Of a DNA stretch of 64,000 bases, positions 1 through 16,204 are shown piece after piece. The position numbers and the translations under genes were made by a program. Below the pieces are notes generated by a model that was not told where the DNA came from, did not search any database, and saw only the letters and a list, made by a program, of their open reading frames with translations. Origin of the DNA: an uncultured virus (IMG/VR IMGVR_UViG_3300031774_000002). Taxonomy: Duplodnaviria > Heunggongvirae > Uroviricota > Caudoviricetes. The stretch lies in IMG/VR virus record IMGVR_UViG_3300031774_000002. The stretch is one strand, 5' to 3'. Position 1 is the stretch's first letter. Each line of letters begins with the position of its first letter.

Positions 1-2987
1 TTTATCTGTTCACCACTAATAGATTTATTTGTTAGCGTGTCACTACTAGAGGCAGTAATAAATGAACTTAACTCTGAGTCTCTAGCTATGCCACTTGGAA
101 TCCTTGCATCAGCTATTGTCCCAGTTAATTGACCAGCATCAATAGATTTATTTGTTAGTGTATCACTACTAGATGCTGTGATAAACGAGCTCAAATCTGA
201 AGTAAGAGCCATTGTACCAGCAGCATTAGGGAATGTAATATCTAATGTACCAAATGAACCTGCACCATCTACTTGAGCAGGAGCTTGCAATTTAATTGCA
301 TTTGTTCCATTATCAGTGCCTTCTCTAAATACAACAGCACCGCCAGTTGTAGTGCCTAATGCTGACATTGTCAAACCACCTAATGTGCTGGTGGTTAATG
401 CAGTCTGTACTGCACTTGTTACAACATCAGGTATTCTCGCATCATCTATTGTTCCAGTTAATTGACTAGCATCAATAGATTTATTAGTTAATGTGTCAGT
501 GCTATCTTTTAAAACGACTGTGCCAGATGCATTAGGTAATATGATTTCTCTATTAGTATTTGGATCATCGCAGTACAAAGTTGTTCTTATTGATGAACCT
601 GTTGTATTACCTTCAAATTGTATATTGCCATTTTGTCCTAATATTAAATCATTATCTGATCCAAGCAATATTCCTGCAGGTGCTAATGTCATAACTGGAT
701 CTTCAACAGTACCATTATTTAAGATACCAAAATCTAATCTTCCATATTCAGCATCAGATGTTGGATCAGCTATCTCAGCATGAATGGTAGCATATTCTGT
801 TTTGTTTCCTGCAGAGTCTTCACCATTGAATTTTATAATACCCAATTTATCATTTGTTGCAGGAGATGAAGAGTTACGATGTAATGAAATAATAGGATCA
901 ACAGCAGTTCCAGTATCAGGAGCAATAACTTCAAAAATATTACCACTAATTTGGTTTTGAACAAGTGGTCCAGTAACAGTTAATGAGCCCAATGTGCCGA
1001 CACTTGTTAATGATGAAGATAATACAGTAGAGCCTAATTGCGTTTGACTCAGGATATCATTACCGTTGATTCTAAATTGTTTAGTAGATGCAAGTTCGAA
1101 GTTTTCAGATGATGTCCAAGAATCAGTTGAGTTGATCCAATTGATTGTTTTGTCAGTTGAGCCTTTTAATGTAATACCACCACCATCAGCAGTAGTGTCA
1201 GAAGGTGATGTGACAGAGCCAAGCTCTATGTTTTTATCATCTACAGTTAATGTAGTAGAGTTTACTGTCGTTGTAGTGCCATTAACAGTCATGTCACCAT
1301 GAACAGTTAAATTGCCAGAAACATCACCATTACCATTAATATCTAATCCGCCAGCTGTAACTGTGTTGGCACCAACATCAATATTACCAAACCCTGATGA
1401 AATAGAACCAGAGTTTAAAGCACCAGTACCAACTACATGTGATAAGTTTGTGTTAACTGAAAAAACATTATTAGAAAATACTGATGTGTTTGCAGTTAAT
1501 GTTAAACCAGTACCTGCGTCAATAATAGGTTTAGGTCTTAAGAATGAACCATTCGCAGAAAGGAACAAATAACTGCTTTGATTATTAGCAAATGCTCCAC
1601 CCAAATTGTTTAAAGCTGCATTAGTCTCTAATGAAATTACATTATTGCCAGTTTGATCACTAATAACAATTCCTGTTCCACCATAATACAGCGTGTCGGT
1701 ATCTATTGGGGCAGTAAATTGACCTCGTGCGTTTAAGAAAGCAACAGTATTTCCTGAAGAATTGTCACCGCCTAAATTGGTTAATGCTGCACCAGCACTT
1801 AATGAAATTGCGTCTTTGCCTTCTTGGAAATCAGTATTTGAGTTTAGTGTTACTGTTATCCCAGTACCGCCATAATATTGTTCTGTAGCAGACCAGATAC
1901 CATCATGTCTTAGGAATCTGGCTTGATCACTAGGATCATATCCAAGATTTATTATTGCAGCATTGGAAGAAAGAGAAAATTGATTATCAACATTTAAGTC
2001 GAGACCAGTCCCAGCTGTAAAGTTTTTAATGAATGTGCCATCTTTTCTCAGAATGGCTGTGGTATTTGCTCCATCACCGCCTAAATTAACTAGAGCAGAG
2101 TTTGCAGTAAGAGAAAGTGTATTGCCAGATAATGTAATTCCAGTACCACCAACCAAAGCTGTTTTAGAAATTTCTATACCAGCTGAAGCATTTACATCTG
2201 CATTTACGATCGATCCTGCAGTTATAGAAGCAACACCTTGATTCGTGATTGCAATGTCACCGCTTATACTCTTGTTATCAAAACTATCAGTTCCATCATG
2301 TATTATAAACTGACCAGAACTTGGACTTGTTATAGTTGTATCAACTAATTCAGCAAGAGCATCTTTGCCAGCTGATGTCGCATCAACATACGCTTTAATT
2401 GATTCTGATGTGGGAACATTTGTATTATTAGCTGAACCAAAACTATCATCATCAATAAAATTTGTTATGGTTACTGAACCTGTTCCACTGAATCCGTCAG
2501 CTTCAAGAGTTCCTGTAACATCAAGAACAGTATTGCTAGTTGCTCTTATCTGCGTTGTGTCAACCCAATTAGTATTTGCTGACTCATAAACTAAAAATGC
2601 ACCATCTTGCGGATCAGTTATCTTTACTTCTGTAACAAAATCAACAGCACCTTCTCTTGTAACTTCTTGTGTTACTGTTACTTGCCCCTCAGCAAGACGC
2701 GACCGTTTGTTTGCATCAGTTGTCAACTCAATATCATATACATAACGACCAGCAGGAAGCGAAGAAGTTTGTGCTCTAGCCAAAGAGATAGTAACTTCAC
2801 CTTTCGTTCTATCACCAAATGTCACAGTAAAGTTTGTTGCTGTGTCTGATGTAAATGACTTACGAATTTGACCAGCAGCACTAAACCCAGTTACATTTTG
2901 TACTGTTCCGTCTGTGTTTTTAGCGATAAGTGTTTCAGAAAAATCAGTACCCTGATCTACTGTAAGATTTAGCTTTTGAGATGCCAT
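1..2987 (-). CDS. Long tail fibre-like protein, C-terminus runs off the window (>990 aa)
   Basis: Missing from the ORF track because there is no stop in the window. ATG at 2987 abuts the upstream stop and reads MASQKLNLTVDQGTDFSETL...GRYVYDIEL (phage fibre adaptor-like N-terminus), then G/S/T-rich repeats such as DTLTNKSI. Frame spot-checked as open; the + strand shadow ORFs at 493, 1066, 1312, 2029 and 2365 share one frame. Confidence 0.85.
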   Translation of the reverse strand, partial: MASQKLNLTVDQGTDFSETLIAKNTDGTVQNVTGFSAAGQIRKSFTSDTATNFTVTFGDRTKGEVTISLARAQTSSLPAGRYVYDIELTTDANKRSRLAEGQVTVTQEVTREGAVDFVTEVKITDPQDGAFLVYESANTNWVDTTQIRATSNTVLDVTGTLEADGFSGTGSVTITNFIDDDSFGSANNTNVPTSESIKAYVDATSAGKDALAELVDTTITSPSSGQFIIHDGTDSFDNKSISGDIAITNQGVASITAGSIVNADVNASAGIEISKTALVGGTGITLSGNTLSLTANSALVNLGGDGANTTAILRKDGTFIKNFTAGTGLDLNVDNQFSLSSNAAIINLGYDPSDQARFLRHDGIWSATEQYYGGTGITVTLNSNTDFQEGKDAISLSAGAALTNLGGDNSSGNTVAFLNARGQFTAPIDTDTLYYGGTGIVISDQTGNNVISLETNAALNNLGGAFANNQSSYLFLSANGSFLRPKPIIDAGTGLTLTANTSVFSNNVFSVNTNLSHVVGTGALNSGSISSGFGNIDVGANTVTAGGLDINGNGDVSGNLTVHGDMTVNGTTTTVNSTTLTVDDKNIELGSVTSPSDTTADGGGITLKGSTDKTINWINSTDSWTSSENFELASTKQFRINGNDILSQTQLGSTVLSSSLTSVGTLGSLTVTGPLVQNQISGNIFEVIAPDTGTAVDPIISLHRNSSSPATNDKLGIIKFNGEDSAGNKTEYATIHAEIADPTSDAEYGRLDFGILNNGTVEDPVMTLAPAGILLGSDNDLILGQNGNIQFEGNTTGSSIRTTLYCDDPNTNREIILPNASGTVVLKDSTDTLTNKSIDASQLTGTIDDARIPDVVTSAVQTALTTSTLGGLTMSALGTTTGGAVVFREGTDNGTNAIKLQAPAQVDGAGSFGTLDITFPNAAGTMALTSDLSSFITASSSDTLTNKSIDAGQLTGTIADARIPSGIARDSELSSFITASSSDTLTNKSISGEQI

Positions 2988-8102
<5,115 letters not shown>

Positions 8103-8130
8103 TTATCTCTATTTCTTAAAGTTGGTAAGA

Positions 8131-8349
8131 TTAGCTATCTCTATTTATTAGAATTGATAACATGTTTTTCATTTCATCCATCTGTTTTTTCATATCATCA
8201 ATTTCTTTTTTTGTTTTTTCTCGAATATCATTATCAAGAACCCTTTGTTGATGCCTATTGTGTTCCCCAATATCATTACAAAATATCGCACCAGTCTCTG
8301 GGTCGACTGTTAATTCAGGTCGACCCTCTACAGTATAGACTTCTTTCAT
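8131..8349 (-). CDS. Small coiled-coil protein of the tail module
   Basis: 72 aa, start overlaps the upstream stop; VEGRPELTVDPETGAI followed by a coiled coil. Confidence 0.7.
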   Translation of the reverse strand: MKEVYTVEGRPELTVDPETGAIFCNDIGEHNRHQQRVLDNDIREKTKKEIDDMKKQMDEMKNMLSILINRDS

Positions 8350-11300
8350 CAGGACACTGGAGTCTTAGATGTAAATGTTGTCATATGCTTGATCTCAGGC
8401 GTATAATCACGACCAGATCCATCTGGTCTAGTCATTACAATCTTAAATTGCATCCGATCAATACCGCTATGAGTAGAATCATCACCAGATCGATATTTAA
8501 TTTTTCTTGTTGTGAGTAATTCTTTAATAGCATTCGCACCAGCATCAGCAGTATCACCAATAGTAAGGTAATTGTCATTCGTAGATTTGGGGAATCTATA
8601 TAATCTCTTTACTACATCATTCTTATCACCAAGTGCCGAGTTTTTCTTGGGAACCGAAGCATAGTTGACAAGCTCTGTAAATACCTTATCTTCTAACTCC
8701 TCAGAATCATTATTATTTTTGGCACGAACATATACTTTCACTGTACTCTCAGAAGGACAATATAGATTTAAAACCGCTGTTAGCCTTTCAGCAGCACCAC
8801 CATCTGGACGGCTTGCTGGTACTACTTTGGAAACATATCTTGCAGTTGCATCACCAGCAGCAAACTGTTCATTACCAAACGAATTGTTTATTCTCTGAAG
8901 CTCAACTCGTGCCGAAATATCATTCAAGGTGAATATGGGTGCTATTCGTTTATCCTCAGATGTGATAGTTCCTTTAACAATTAGTGACTTAGCAGTTCTG
9001 TTTGACTTACTATAAATTTTCTTCTGATATTGAGAAAGCTCAATTTCATTATCACCAACAACTGGCAAGAAAGAAGAAGCAGTAACACCAGCAGTAGATG
9101 TAGTCTTAACACCCCACTCAACCTTTGTATTTTTAGGAGAGAAGTATGGTGTGATCAACTCAATGGAGTCAAGGTTGACATCAGCAACAGATTGTATAAA
9201 TGCACTTGTTGCACTATCTTGTGACCTTACCCAGTCACGAGTGTTATCTCCGCCACGGAAACCTAAACCTGAACCAGCAACAACACCTGTTGATTCATTC
9301 AGTCTCAGTCTTCCATAATCATGATTAAAGAAACTCACTATACCAGTCACAGTGTTTGCAGCAAAACCACTCGTTGTTCCCAACTCTGTTGTCCCACGAT
9401 AAACTTTTTGTTCATTATTAGCATTGGCATCTGTCGGGAAATCGCCAAAAGCATCAATACTTAATATGACTGGACTTGTGCTCACTATTTTCCTGACTAC
9501 ACCATTTGCATATCCAGTTGGATGTGCATCGAAGGTTTCATCTTTAGCTATTTTACTCTGGAGTATATCACCAACAGCAAATGAGTCTGTATTAGCACCT
9601 AATGTAAGCAAAGACTGACCACGAACTTTCTCATCCATTTGGAAACCAGTAGTAGCACTTGGCTCACCAAAAGGTGATACGAAGTTTACATTTAAGAATT
9701 CAGTATCAGCATTTGTTAAAACAAATGAAGATGCTGCACCGATGTTATAATCAGCACGCTTAATTTGAAACTTCAATGTTTCATTTTTCAACTCAGCCCA
9801 TTTTTTCCCAGTCGCAGAGCCATATAATTTACCTATACCAGTTGGAGCATATGCAGTCTTATTTGATCTAAAGTCTTTTTTGCCTTTGACCATAGAAAGC
9901 AACTCATAATCACTGCCTTGTTCAGTAGGAATTACAGTAAATGCATATTTCTTACCTGACTGTAAGAAAGGTCTCTTTGTGAACTTGAATGTTGTAGCTG
10001 TATGACCTGTTGTAGAAGATAAGTTTATATTTGCATTCAGTATCTCATCTGATTCATCAATAAGTTTTTCAGTTGGACCAGCTGGACCACATTCGCGTAT
10101 TTGTAATTCAACACCAGCACTCGCATCATTTGGTTTCTTAATAAAGAATAAATCTATCTCAGAAAGATAAATACCATCAATTTTTGTGGCAGGAATTGTG
10201 AATACCTGTGACATAAAATCAGGCAATTCTTCTTTTACCTGAGTGGTTGTTACAGATGTTTGAGTATTATCAGCAGAGAGTTCTTGTAACCATATACCAG
10301 ACATCTTTCCGCGAGATTTGTATGAAAATCCATTCTTATTTGTAGAAGCAAAATAGTATTGACCACATCGTGTTGTTGCTCCATCTTTACCAGAACTTAT
10401 TCCATTCTTGACTGGTGGTCTAACATCACTCACTTCTAATAAGTGTTTATATCCACGGAACTTCATTGTTGAATCATTTGGTATTGTAAACCTAAATGAT
10501 AATCTTCCACCACCATCTGTAACCAGTGTTCGCTTTCCAGGTGAGTTGATATAATGGGTAACATCCCGCCCATCAAAACGAGCATATACCCTTGTATTTG
10601 GTTTTAAACCAGTACAAGTTGCTCTAATCCCAGCGTGTCTTCCGAGATAGTAATCATTTGTTCCGCCTTTATATTTTGAAACATCAGATGCTTCAGCTAG
10701 ACCACTGTAATCTTTACCAGCTTTCTTATATGATTCTATCATTTTAGTTACGACTGGATTTTCTACTTTTACATTAGAATAAACAGCTACATTCTTCTTC
10801 AACCCAAATGCTTTTCCGATCTTGCCACCATAACTAACTTTTTTAGTTCCAGTCTGAACTTTTTTCTGCGTATACTTAGCGGTCAGTCCAGGAATTACAG
10901 TCTGTCTTAGAGAACAGTTATTATGATTCAGTTTCATACGACCATTAAATGTTCTAACTGGAGAAGTTGTCTTTTTGTTAACAAGTGTTCTCTTAGTCGC
11001 CATTGGCTGATCGATGAGTGATTTTGCTGTATTACCTAATGTTATCCTTGTACTATCATCACTCTTATGTAAGTTTACAGACTGACTATCATCAATTATT
11101 AGATCAACATCGTCTAATGTAGCTATTGGTCGAATTGTCTGATTATCGTCAACAAAGTCGCTTGACTGCATACTATTAATGTATGTTTGTATAGGTGGTG
11201 GGTTTGAGATCACAACCTCTTTTGGTGGCTCTGGTGCAGCAACAGGATCGTCTTCCCTCAACAAAGTGGTTTTAAGTGCCTCAATTTCAACACGGTTCAA

Positions 11301-14300
11301 TTCAACTTGAATTTTCGTAGATTCTAAATCAGCGTCTAATTCACGAATGTCTTCCATCGTGTATCGTCTATTATTTTCGCCAATGTGATTAACTTGATAA
11401 TCAAATCTGTCATAATGAATTGCAGCAGTTTGTGACAATGATGGATAAGGTGGAATAACAACTGCACCTAATGTCATGGAAACTTCATCGTCTTCAGTTG
11501 GAACTGCTGGGTTTTCAGATGGTGTTCCAGTTAAAACATCAAAATCGCCATTAGGTCTTAATGTTACTGTATCTATTCTTGGGAGATAGAATTGGACATC
11601 ACATTGGAAATTTTCATCTGGTGTGGGCACATAAGAGCCTAAAGAACCATCTACATCAAATGCTGATGGTTGTGTTGGGTTTGTCGGTGCAGCTGTTGAT
11701 GTTCCAGTTGATTTTGGTTCACATGTATTTGCTTTTGCTGGTCTGAAATCAATACTGTCTCTTAAATCAAAATCTATTCCATCAAAAGAAGTGAACACTG
11801 GTATTTCTGCAGTCGCCATTTTTCCTGCTGCAGTTGGATCTGAATCATCTATTGGGTATGAATCAACTGACATATAACCTATACCAGCAGATCTATTTCT
11901 TTTGAACCAGCTGAACTGAACCAGTAAGTCATTACCAGCAACCGTTAAACTGCTATCAGATCTTTTTATTAACCTTGAACCATCATAGAAACTTTCTCTC
12001 TGACCATTATCCAATTCAAAGTGTGTTGTAACATCAGTAGAAGAAGTTGTAACTTCACTTCCTTCAGCACCCATATAAACTTTTTCTAATTTAAATGCGT
12101 CTGATACACCAAGAGACCATGGACCAGTGTTTCCTGAAGAGTTTGTTGGATAGTTTGCAGCTGCAGGATTAGTGCCACTAGGTTGTGCACTTGTGTCTAT
12201 ATGAATATATTTTGTTTTGTTTAAGTCTTTATTTTCTTGAACTGCACTATCACGCAACATATCATAATAAACTCTAGCTGCAAATGTTCCAGTGAATGAC
12301 CCACTGATGTCTAAATCTATTGCATGCTGTGTTGCTGTTGATGTGAATGATCCAATTTGTTGAGTATCAATTATAGAACCAGCTTTAAAGACTTTAGTAA
12401 GGGCTGTTGAATCACTAATCGTGCCAGTAGAAGGAGTACCACTTGAATGAACTGTTATTACATTAGCACTAATTTCAGTTACACGCATTGGTTCTGTAAG
12501 ACCTGATGCAGCTTGAACATAATCGCCAACAGCAACTTTGCCAACAAATGTACTTTTTCCAGTAATAGCAAATGTATTACTGCTACTGCTTTTTGTGGCT
12601 GTTCCATGTGTTTGGAACAAGTTTATTGTAGCATCAGCTTTAGGTATGATAATTATATTTCTTTCATCAACAGATGATAAAGGAGAACCAGTATCATTCA
12701 TTTTGTTTGAACCGCCAGTCGCTTCACTGGTAGGAGCATTGACTGTAGCTGTTCCGTCAGCAGCAAATGTCACATCAGTAAAATGTCTAACAACATATTG
12801 CGTTTGTACTGTGTTGTCTTCATCTTTCAGAGTTTTTGTACCTATACTCTGGACAGGAAATATCATTTTATTTAATGATGGATCATGAACCTTTGCTTCA
12901 CCATTTTCAAGAACAATATCAGCATATGCATCATCATTACCACCAGTATTAATATAGAGTGCTTTAACATCACCTTCAAATGATTTACCAGCATTCATTT
13001 TAGCATCAAATCCATAAATTCTAAATTGTGCTGATTGATCACCTGATGTCCCTGAATGCCATTGGAATCCACGCAGTTTAGCAGTACCTATTTTGTTTCC
13101 TAAGCGAGCGTCATTTCCACTACTGAATTTGCGTCTTGCTATACGAGTCTGAGCAGTATCATAAAGATCTACTTCTACTAATCCTTTATGATTCCATGTA
13201 CCCACAACATTATTACAAATAACATATTGACCAAATGCTTGACCAATAGTTACAGCACTTCGTGTATCAAAAGTTGTTGCTTTGTCAATTGTTCTTCGAA
13301 CTTTGTCTGTGTTTTCAATCCTATAGCCACCAACATAACCTACAGATGGATCTATCTCGACAACTAATTTATTCGCATCACCGTTTTCTGTAGATCGATA
13401 AACACCATTATTAAAATCAGTTCGTAAATGTTCTTCGGTAGATATTTTGAATGGTTCTAGTGCATAGTTGCCAGATTCTTCATATGTCCTTTTGGCAAGC
13501 TCATCGCCAAGACCAGAATATCTTGTATCCATATAATCACGGATAACAAACCCATCTTGCATATCAAGAAGTGGTATAAATCCAACAGTATTTGCTGTTC
13601 CAGTATCAGATAAAGGTCTTGAGGCGATAGTGGGTGATAATTTTAATCTTGATGCACCTGGAGCTGAGAAGTTTGTTGCTCCTGATGCATTATCCAATAA
13701 TGATGAATCTTGGTTTGAATCAATGATTACTTCGTTTGTTTCTAAACCAATTCGTGTGTTTGCTGTTGTGCTGTATTTGATAACAGCCTTACTTTGCTGG
13801 TCAACTCTAATAAAATGACCTTTGTGGTAAACAATACCTTCTTGAACATTAGCACCAACACCCTCACCGCACGCACCACCTTGTGCTTGTGTGATTGTGT
13901 TTGCAGCGACAATAAAGGAGCTTGAACTAGAGTTTCTAAAAATTAGCGTTTCATTATTAGCGAATGTTTTTGTAGTATTATTTGCACCAGAGTTCGTGTA
14001 AGATACAAATGCTGTTAAGAAGTTTGGCGTAGCCGATTCAGAACCATCAGCCACATCTAAGAGTTTAGCAGTAACGCCAGTTGTCTCACCTGTGATAGTG
14101 GAGTTAGCTATAACGCCACCTGAGAAAAAGTCTGTTAAGATAAGTGTTCTGTTGTTTGCGTCTTTGTCACGAAGTTTTACATATTTCCATGTCTCGGCTG
14201 TAGTATCACAACCATTAATAACAGTTCCTTCAACATAAACTGCACTAGCAAATCGTTCAATTTGATTTTGCAGTATTGTTTGAATTTGTGTTAATTCTCG

Positions 14301-14405
14301 TGCTTGTACCGCATATCCTGGACGGAATAAAACACGGTGGAAATTTTTAGTCTCGTCAAAGTCATCAAAAAACGGACTTTCATTGAGGTTTGTTTCGATT
14401 GACAT
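8349..14405 (-). CDS. Large virion structural protein, VrlC/DUF4815-like
   Basis: 2018 aa; N-terminal TNLNESPFFDDFDETKNFHRVLFRPGYAVQARELTQIQTILQNQ; follows gp8. Confidence 0.85.
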   Translation of the reverse strand: MSIETNLNESPFFDDFDETKNFHRVLFRPGYAVQARELTQIQTILQNQIERFASAVYVEGTVINGCDTTAETWKYVKLRDKDANNRTLILTDFFSGGVIANSTITGETTGVTAKLLDVADGSESATPNFLTAFVSYTNSGANNTTKTFANNETLIFRNSSSSSFIVAANTITQAQGGACGEGVGANVQEGIVYHKGHFIRVDQQSKAVIKYSTTANTRIGLETNEVIIDSNQDSSLLDNASGATNFSAPGASRLKLSPTIASRPLSDTGTANTVGFIPLLDMQDGFVIRDYMDTRYSGLGDELAKRTYEESGNYALEPFKISTEEHLRTDFNNGVYRSTENGDANKLVVEIDPSVGYVGGYRIENTDKVRRTIDKATTFDTRSAVTIGQAFGQYVICNNVVGTWNHKGLVEVDLYDTAQTRIARRKFSSGNDARLGNKIGTAKLRGFQWHSGTSGDQSAQFRIYGFDAKMNAGKSFEGDVKALYINTGGNDDAYADIVLENGEAKVHDPSLNKMIFPVQSIGTKTLKDEDNTVQTQYVVRHFTDVTFAADGTATVNAPTSEATGGSNKMNDTGSPLSSVDERNIIIIPKADATINLFQTHGTATKSSSSNTFAITGKSTFVGKVAVGDYVQAASGLTEPMRVTEISANVITVHSSGTPSTGTISDSTALTKVFKAGSIIDTQQIGSFTSTATQHAIDLDISGSFTGTFAARVYYDMLRDSAVQENKDLNKTKYIHIDTSAQPSGTNPAAANYPTNSSGNTGPWSLGVSDAFKLEKVYMGAEGSEVTTSSTDVTTHFELDNGQRESFYDGSRLIKRSDSSLTVAGNDLLVQFSWFKRNRSAGIGYMSVDSYPIDDSDPTAAGKMATAEIPVFTSFDGIDFDLRDSIDFRPAKANTCEPKSTGTSTAAPTNPTQPSAFDVDGSLGSYVPTPDENFQCDVQFYLPRIDTVTLRPNGDFDVLTGTPSENPAVPTEDDEVSMTLGAVVIPPYPSLSQTAAIHYDRFDYQVNHIGENNRRYTMEDIRELDADLESTKIQVELNRVEIEALKTTLLREDDPVAAPEPPKEVVISNPPPIQTYINSMQSSDFVDDNQTIRPIATLDDVDLIIDDSQSVNLHKSDDSTRITLGNTAKSLIDQPMATKRTLVNKKTTSPVRTFNGRMKLNHNNCSLRQTVIPGLTAKYTQKKVQTGTKKVSYGGKIGKAFGLKKNVAVYSNVKVENPVVTKMIESYKKAGKDYSGLAEASDVSKYKGGTNDYYLGRHAGIRATCTGLKPNTRVYARFDGRDVTHYINSPGKRTLVTDGGGRLSFRFTIPNDSTMKFRGYKHLLEVSDVRPPVKNGISSGKDGATTRCGQYYFASTNKNGFSYKSRGKMSGIWLQELSADNTQTSVTTTQVKEELPDFMSQVFTIPATKIDGIYLSEIDLFFIKKPNDASAGVELQIRECGPAGPTEKLIDESDEILNANINLSSTTGHTATTFKFTKRPFLQSGKKYAFTVIPTEQGSDYELLSMVKGKKDFRSNKTAYAPTGIGKLYGSATGKKWAELKNETLKFQIKRADYNIGAASSFVLTNADTEFLNVNFVSPFGEPSATTGFQMDEKVRGQSLLTLGANTDSFAVGDILQSKIAKDETFDAHPTGYANGVVRKIVSTSPVILSIDAFGDFPTDANANNEQKVYRGTTELGTTSGFAANTVTGIVSFFNHDYGRLRLNESTGVVAGSGLGFRGGDNTRDWVRSQDSATSAFIQSVADVNLDSIELITPYFSPKNTKVEWGVKTTSTAGVTASSFLPVVGDNEIELSQYQKKIYSKSNRTAKSLIVKGTITSEDKRIAPIFTLNDISARVELQRINNSFGNEQFAAGDATARYVSKVVPASRPDGGAAERLTAVLNLYCPSESTVKVYVRAKNNNDSEELEDKVFTELVNYASVPKKNSALGDKNDVVKRLYRFPKSTNDNYLTIGDTADAGANAIKELLTTRKIKYRSGDDSTHSGIDRMQFKIVMTRPDGSGRDYTPEIKHMTTFTSKTPVS

Positions 14406-14416
14406 TTATAATACCC

Positions 14417-16204
14417 TTAGAAATCTAAAATGATTTTAATATCTTCTATTTGATCCAGTGATTTAGTTGCTGCTGTTATGTTCTCAGTATATAGTATTTT
14501 TCCAGACATTGTATTTGCCTCTGGAACCTTAACTTGTTGAACAGTTGCGATTGCTGTATCACTACCAGCCTTCAATATAACATCGTCTGTAGTAAACGGA
14601 ATAAAATTACTGTAACTAGAGACATTATTTAGGTATGTTGTAAAGAAGGATGTATCAGCTTGAACTTCATCTTCTCTTATAAAAACTATTTGTGCATTTG
14701 CAGCTTGCAATGCATTTGCTAGTGCCTCATTCTTTCTTGCAGCTGCACCTAATGTTGTGACGAACTCTAAAGCACCTAATTCTGCTCTGAGTCTATTTCT
14801 TTCATTTGTTATAACATCGCGGACAACTAATTCATTTTGTGGCACATCGCCTTGCATACTATTATATGAGATTGTCGCTCTAGTTGTTAATCTTAATGTT
14901 GATGGACTGTTAGATGTATTTGCTACTGATTCCGTTGTGACAAAATTATTATTTGAATCACATCTTAATTTTGGATCTTGAAGAATGCTTATTGTTCTGA
15001 ATTCAGTATTAGATGGTATGTATCCATTACCATTAGCAGAGATACCTTCAGTTCCTTGAAATTGAACATTGAGTGCGATCTTATCACCGCCAAGCTCAGA
15101 TACTGCATCTGAACCATGTCCACCTTGTGGTGAGATAATAACATTTGCAGTGGCACCAGAGCCATGAACACTATTTGCTGTAATAAGAGCAACAGCTTCA
15201 GTGTATTTTGAACCAACACTTATCATTGAAATGTTAGCGACCGCACCTGCTGCATTTAATCTAGTATATGCTTGCGCACCAAATCCATCTCCAATTATTG
15301 TAACTGTGGGAGAAATTATTGCTTTGGATGTTGTGTCTGGTACTACAGAAAATGCAGTATTAACACTCAATCTTCTTGTAGACCCAATATAATCTGTAAC
15401 TCTTCTTAATTGTCCAGCACCAGTTCCTGACACAATATATACGCTTGATCCATTATAGATATTATCAGATGAAGACATATCAATATCAACCGCTCTAGAT
15501 ATTGTCACTGAATCTGATGTGGCACTTGCCACTGTCGCATCTATAACTTCCTCATAGCCAACACCAATTGTATTCGTTTCTATTACTTGTATTGCACCAT
15601 CTACTGCTGCGTTTTGAACGGCTAACAACCTATCTGATTCTATCGAGTTATCTGTCGCACTGATTGTTTTGACTGGCATATGGACAGATGTCATGAACTT
15701 ATCAGCTTCACCTAATGAAATTGAATACATATATTTCCATGTATATCCATCAGAAGTGGTGAATGGGATTATTGAGAATCCCGAAGGCTTTACGGTCGAC
15801 TGAGCACCTTTATTATTAAATAGACATTTGTAAACATTTAACTGGTCGGTAACAACATAAAATGCAGGTGTATCTTCATCATACAATGTTGTATTTGTAT
15901 CTCTATACATAGTATAGACTGTGCCTGAAGCCCAGTCTTTTCTAGGTATAACATGTGAAACACTGCCAGTATCTATTTTTTTACCACCAATAAAATCTTT
16001 TTTAATATTATAATGTTCATGCTCAACATTTTTGGGTGGTGATGGTGGATTAGATTCATCTTGCCATGGAGTATTTTTTCCAATGCATGCATAAAGTATG
16101 ATGGATTTTTTATCGGTAGAACCATCACTTGCATTCATAGATGAGATAAACGCTTTTGCGTTTGTTATTGACATCTCTTTTGTTGGGTGTCTATATGTTG
16201 GCAT
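14417..16204 (-). CDS. gp8: Baseplate wedge subunit, gp8-like
   Basis: IPRKDWASGTVYTMY, FYVVTDQLNVYKCL, SDGYTWKYMY and C-terminal EDIKIILDF. Confidence 0.9.
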   Translation of the reverse strand: MPTYRHPTKEMSITNAKAFISSMNASDGSTDKKSIILYACIGKNTPWQDESNPPSPPKNVEHEHYNIKKDFIGGKKIDTGSVSHVIPRKDWASGTVYTMYRDTNTTLYDEDTPAFYVVTDQLNVYKCLFNNKGAQSTVKPSGFSIIPFTTSDGYTWKYMYSISLGEADKFMTSVHMPVKTISATDNSIESDRLLAVQNAAVDGAIQVIETNTIGVGYEEVIDATVASATSDSVTISRAVDIDMSSSDNIYNGSSVYIVSGTGAGQLRRVTDYIGSTRRLSVNTAFSVVPDTTSKAIISPTVTIIGDGFGAQAYTRLNAAGAVANISMISVGSKYTEAVALITANSVHGSGATANVIISPQGGHGSDAVSELGGDKIALNVQFQGTEGISANGNGYIPSNTEFRTISILQDPKLRCDSNNNFVTTESVANTSNSPSTLRLTTRATISYNSMQGDVPQNELVVRDVITNERNRLRAELGALEFVTTLGAAARKNEALANALQAANAQIVFIREDEVQADTSFFTTYLNNVSSYSNFIPFTTDDVILKAGSDTAIATVQQVKVPEANTMSGKILYTENITAATKSLDQIEDIKIILDF

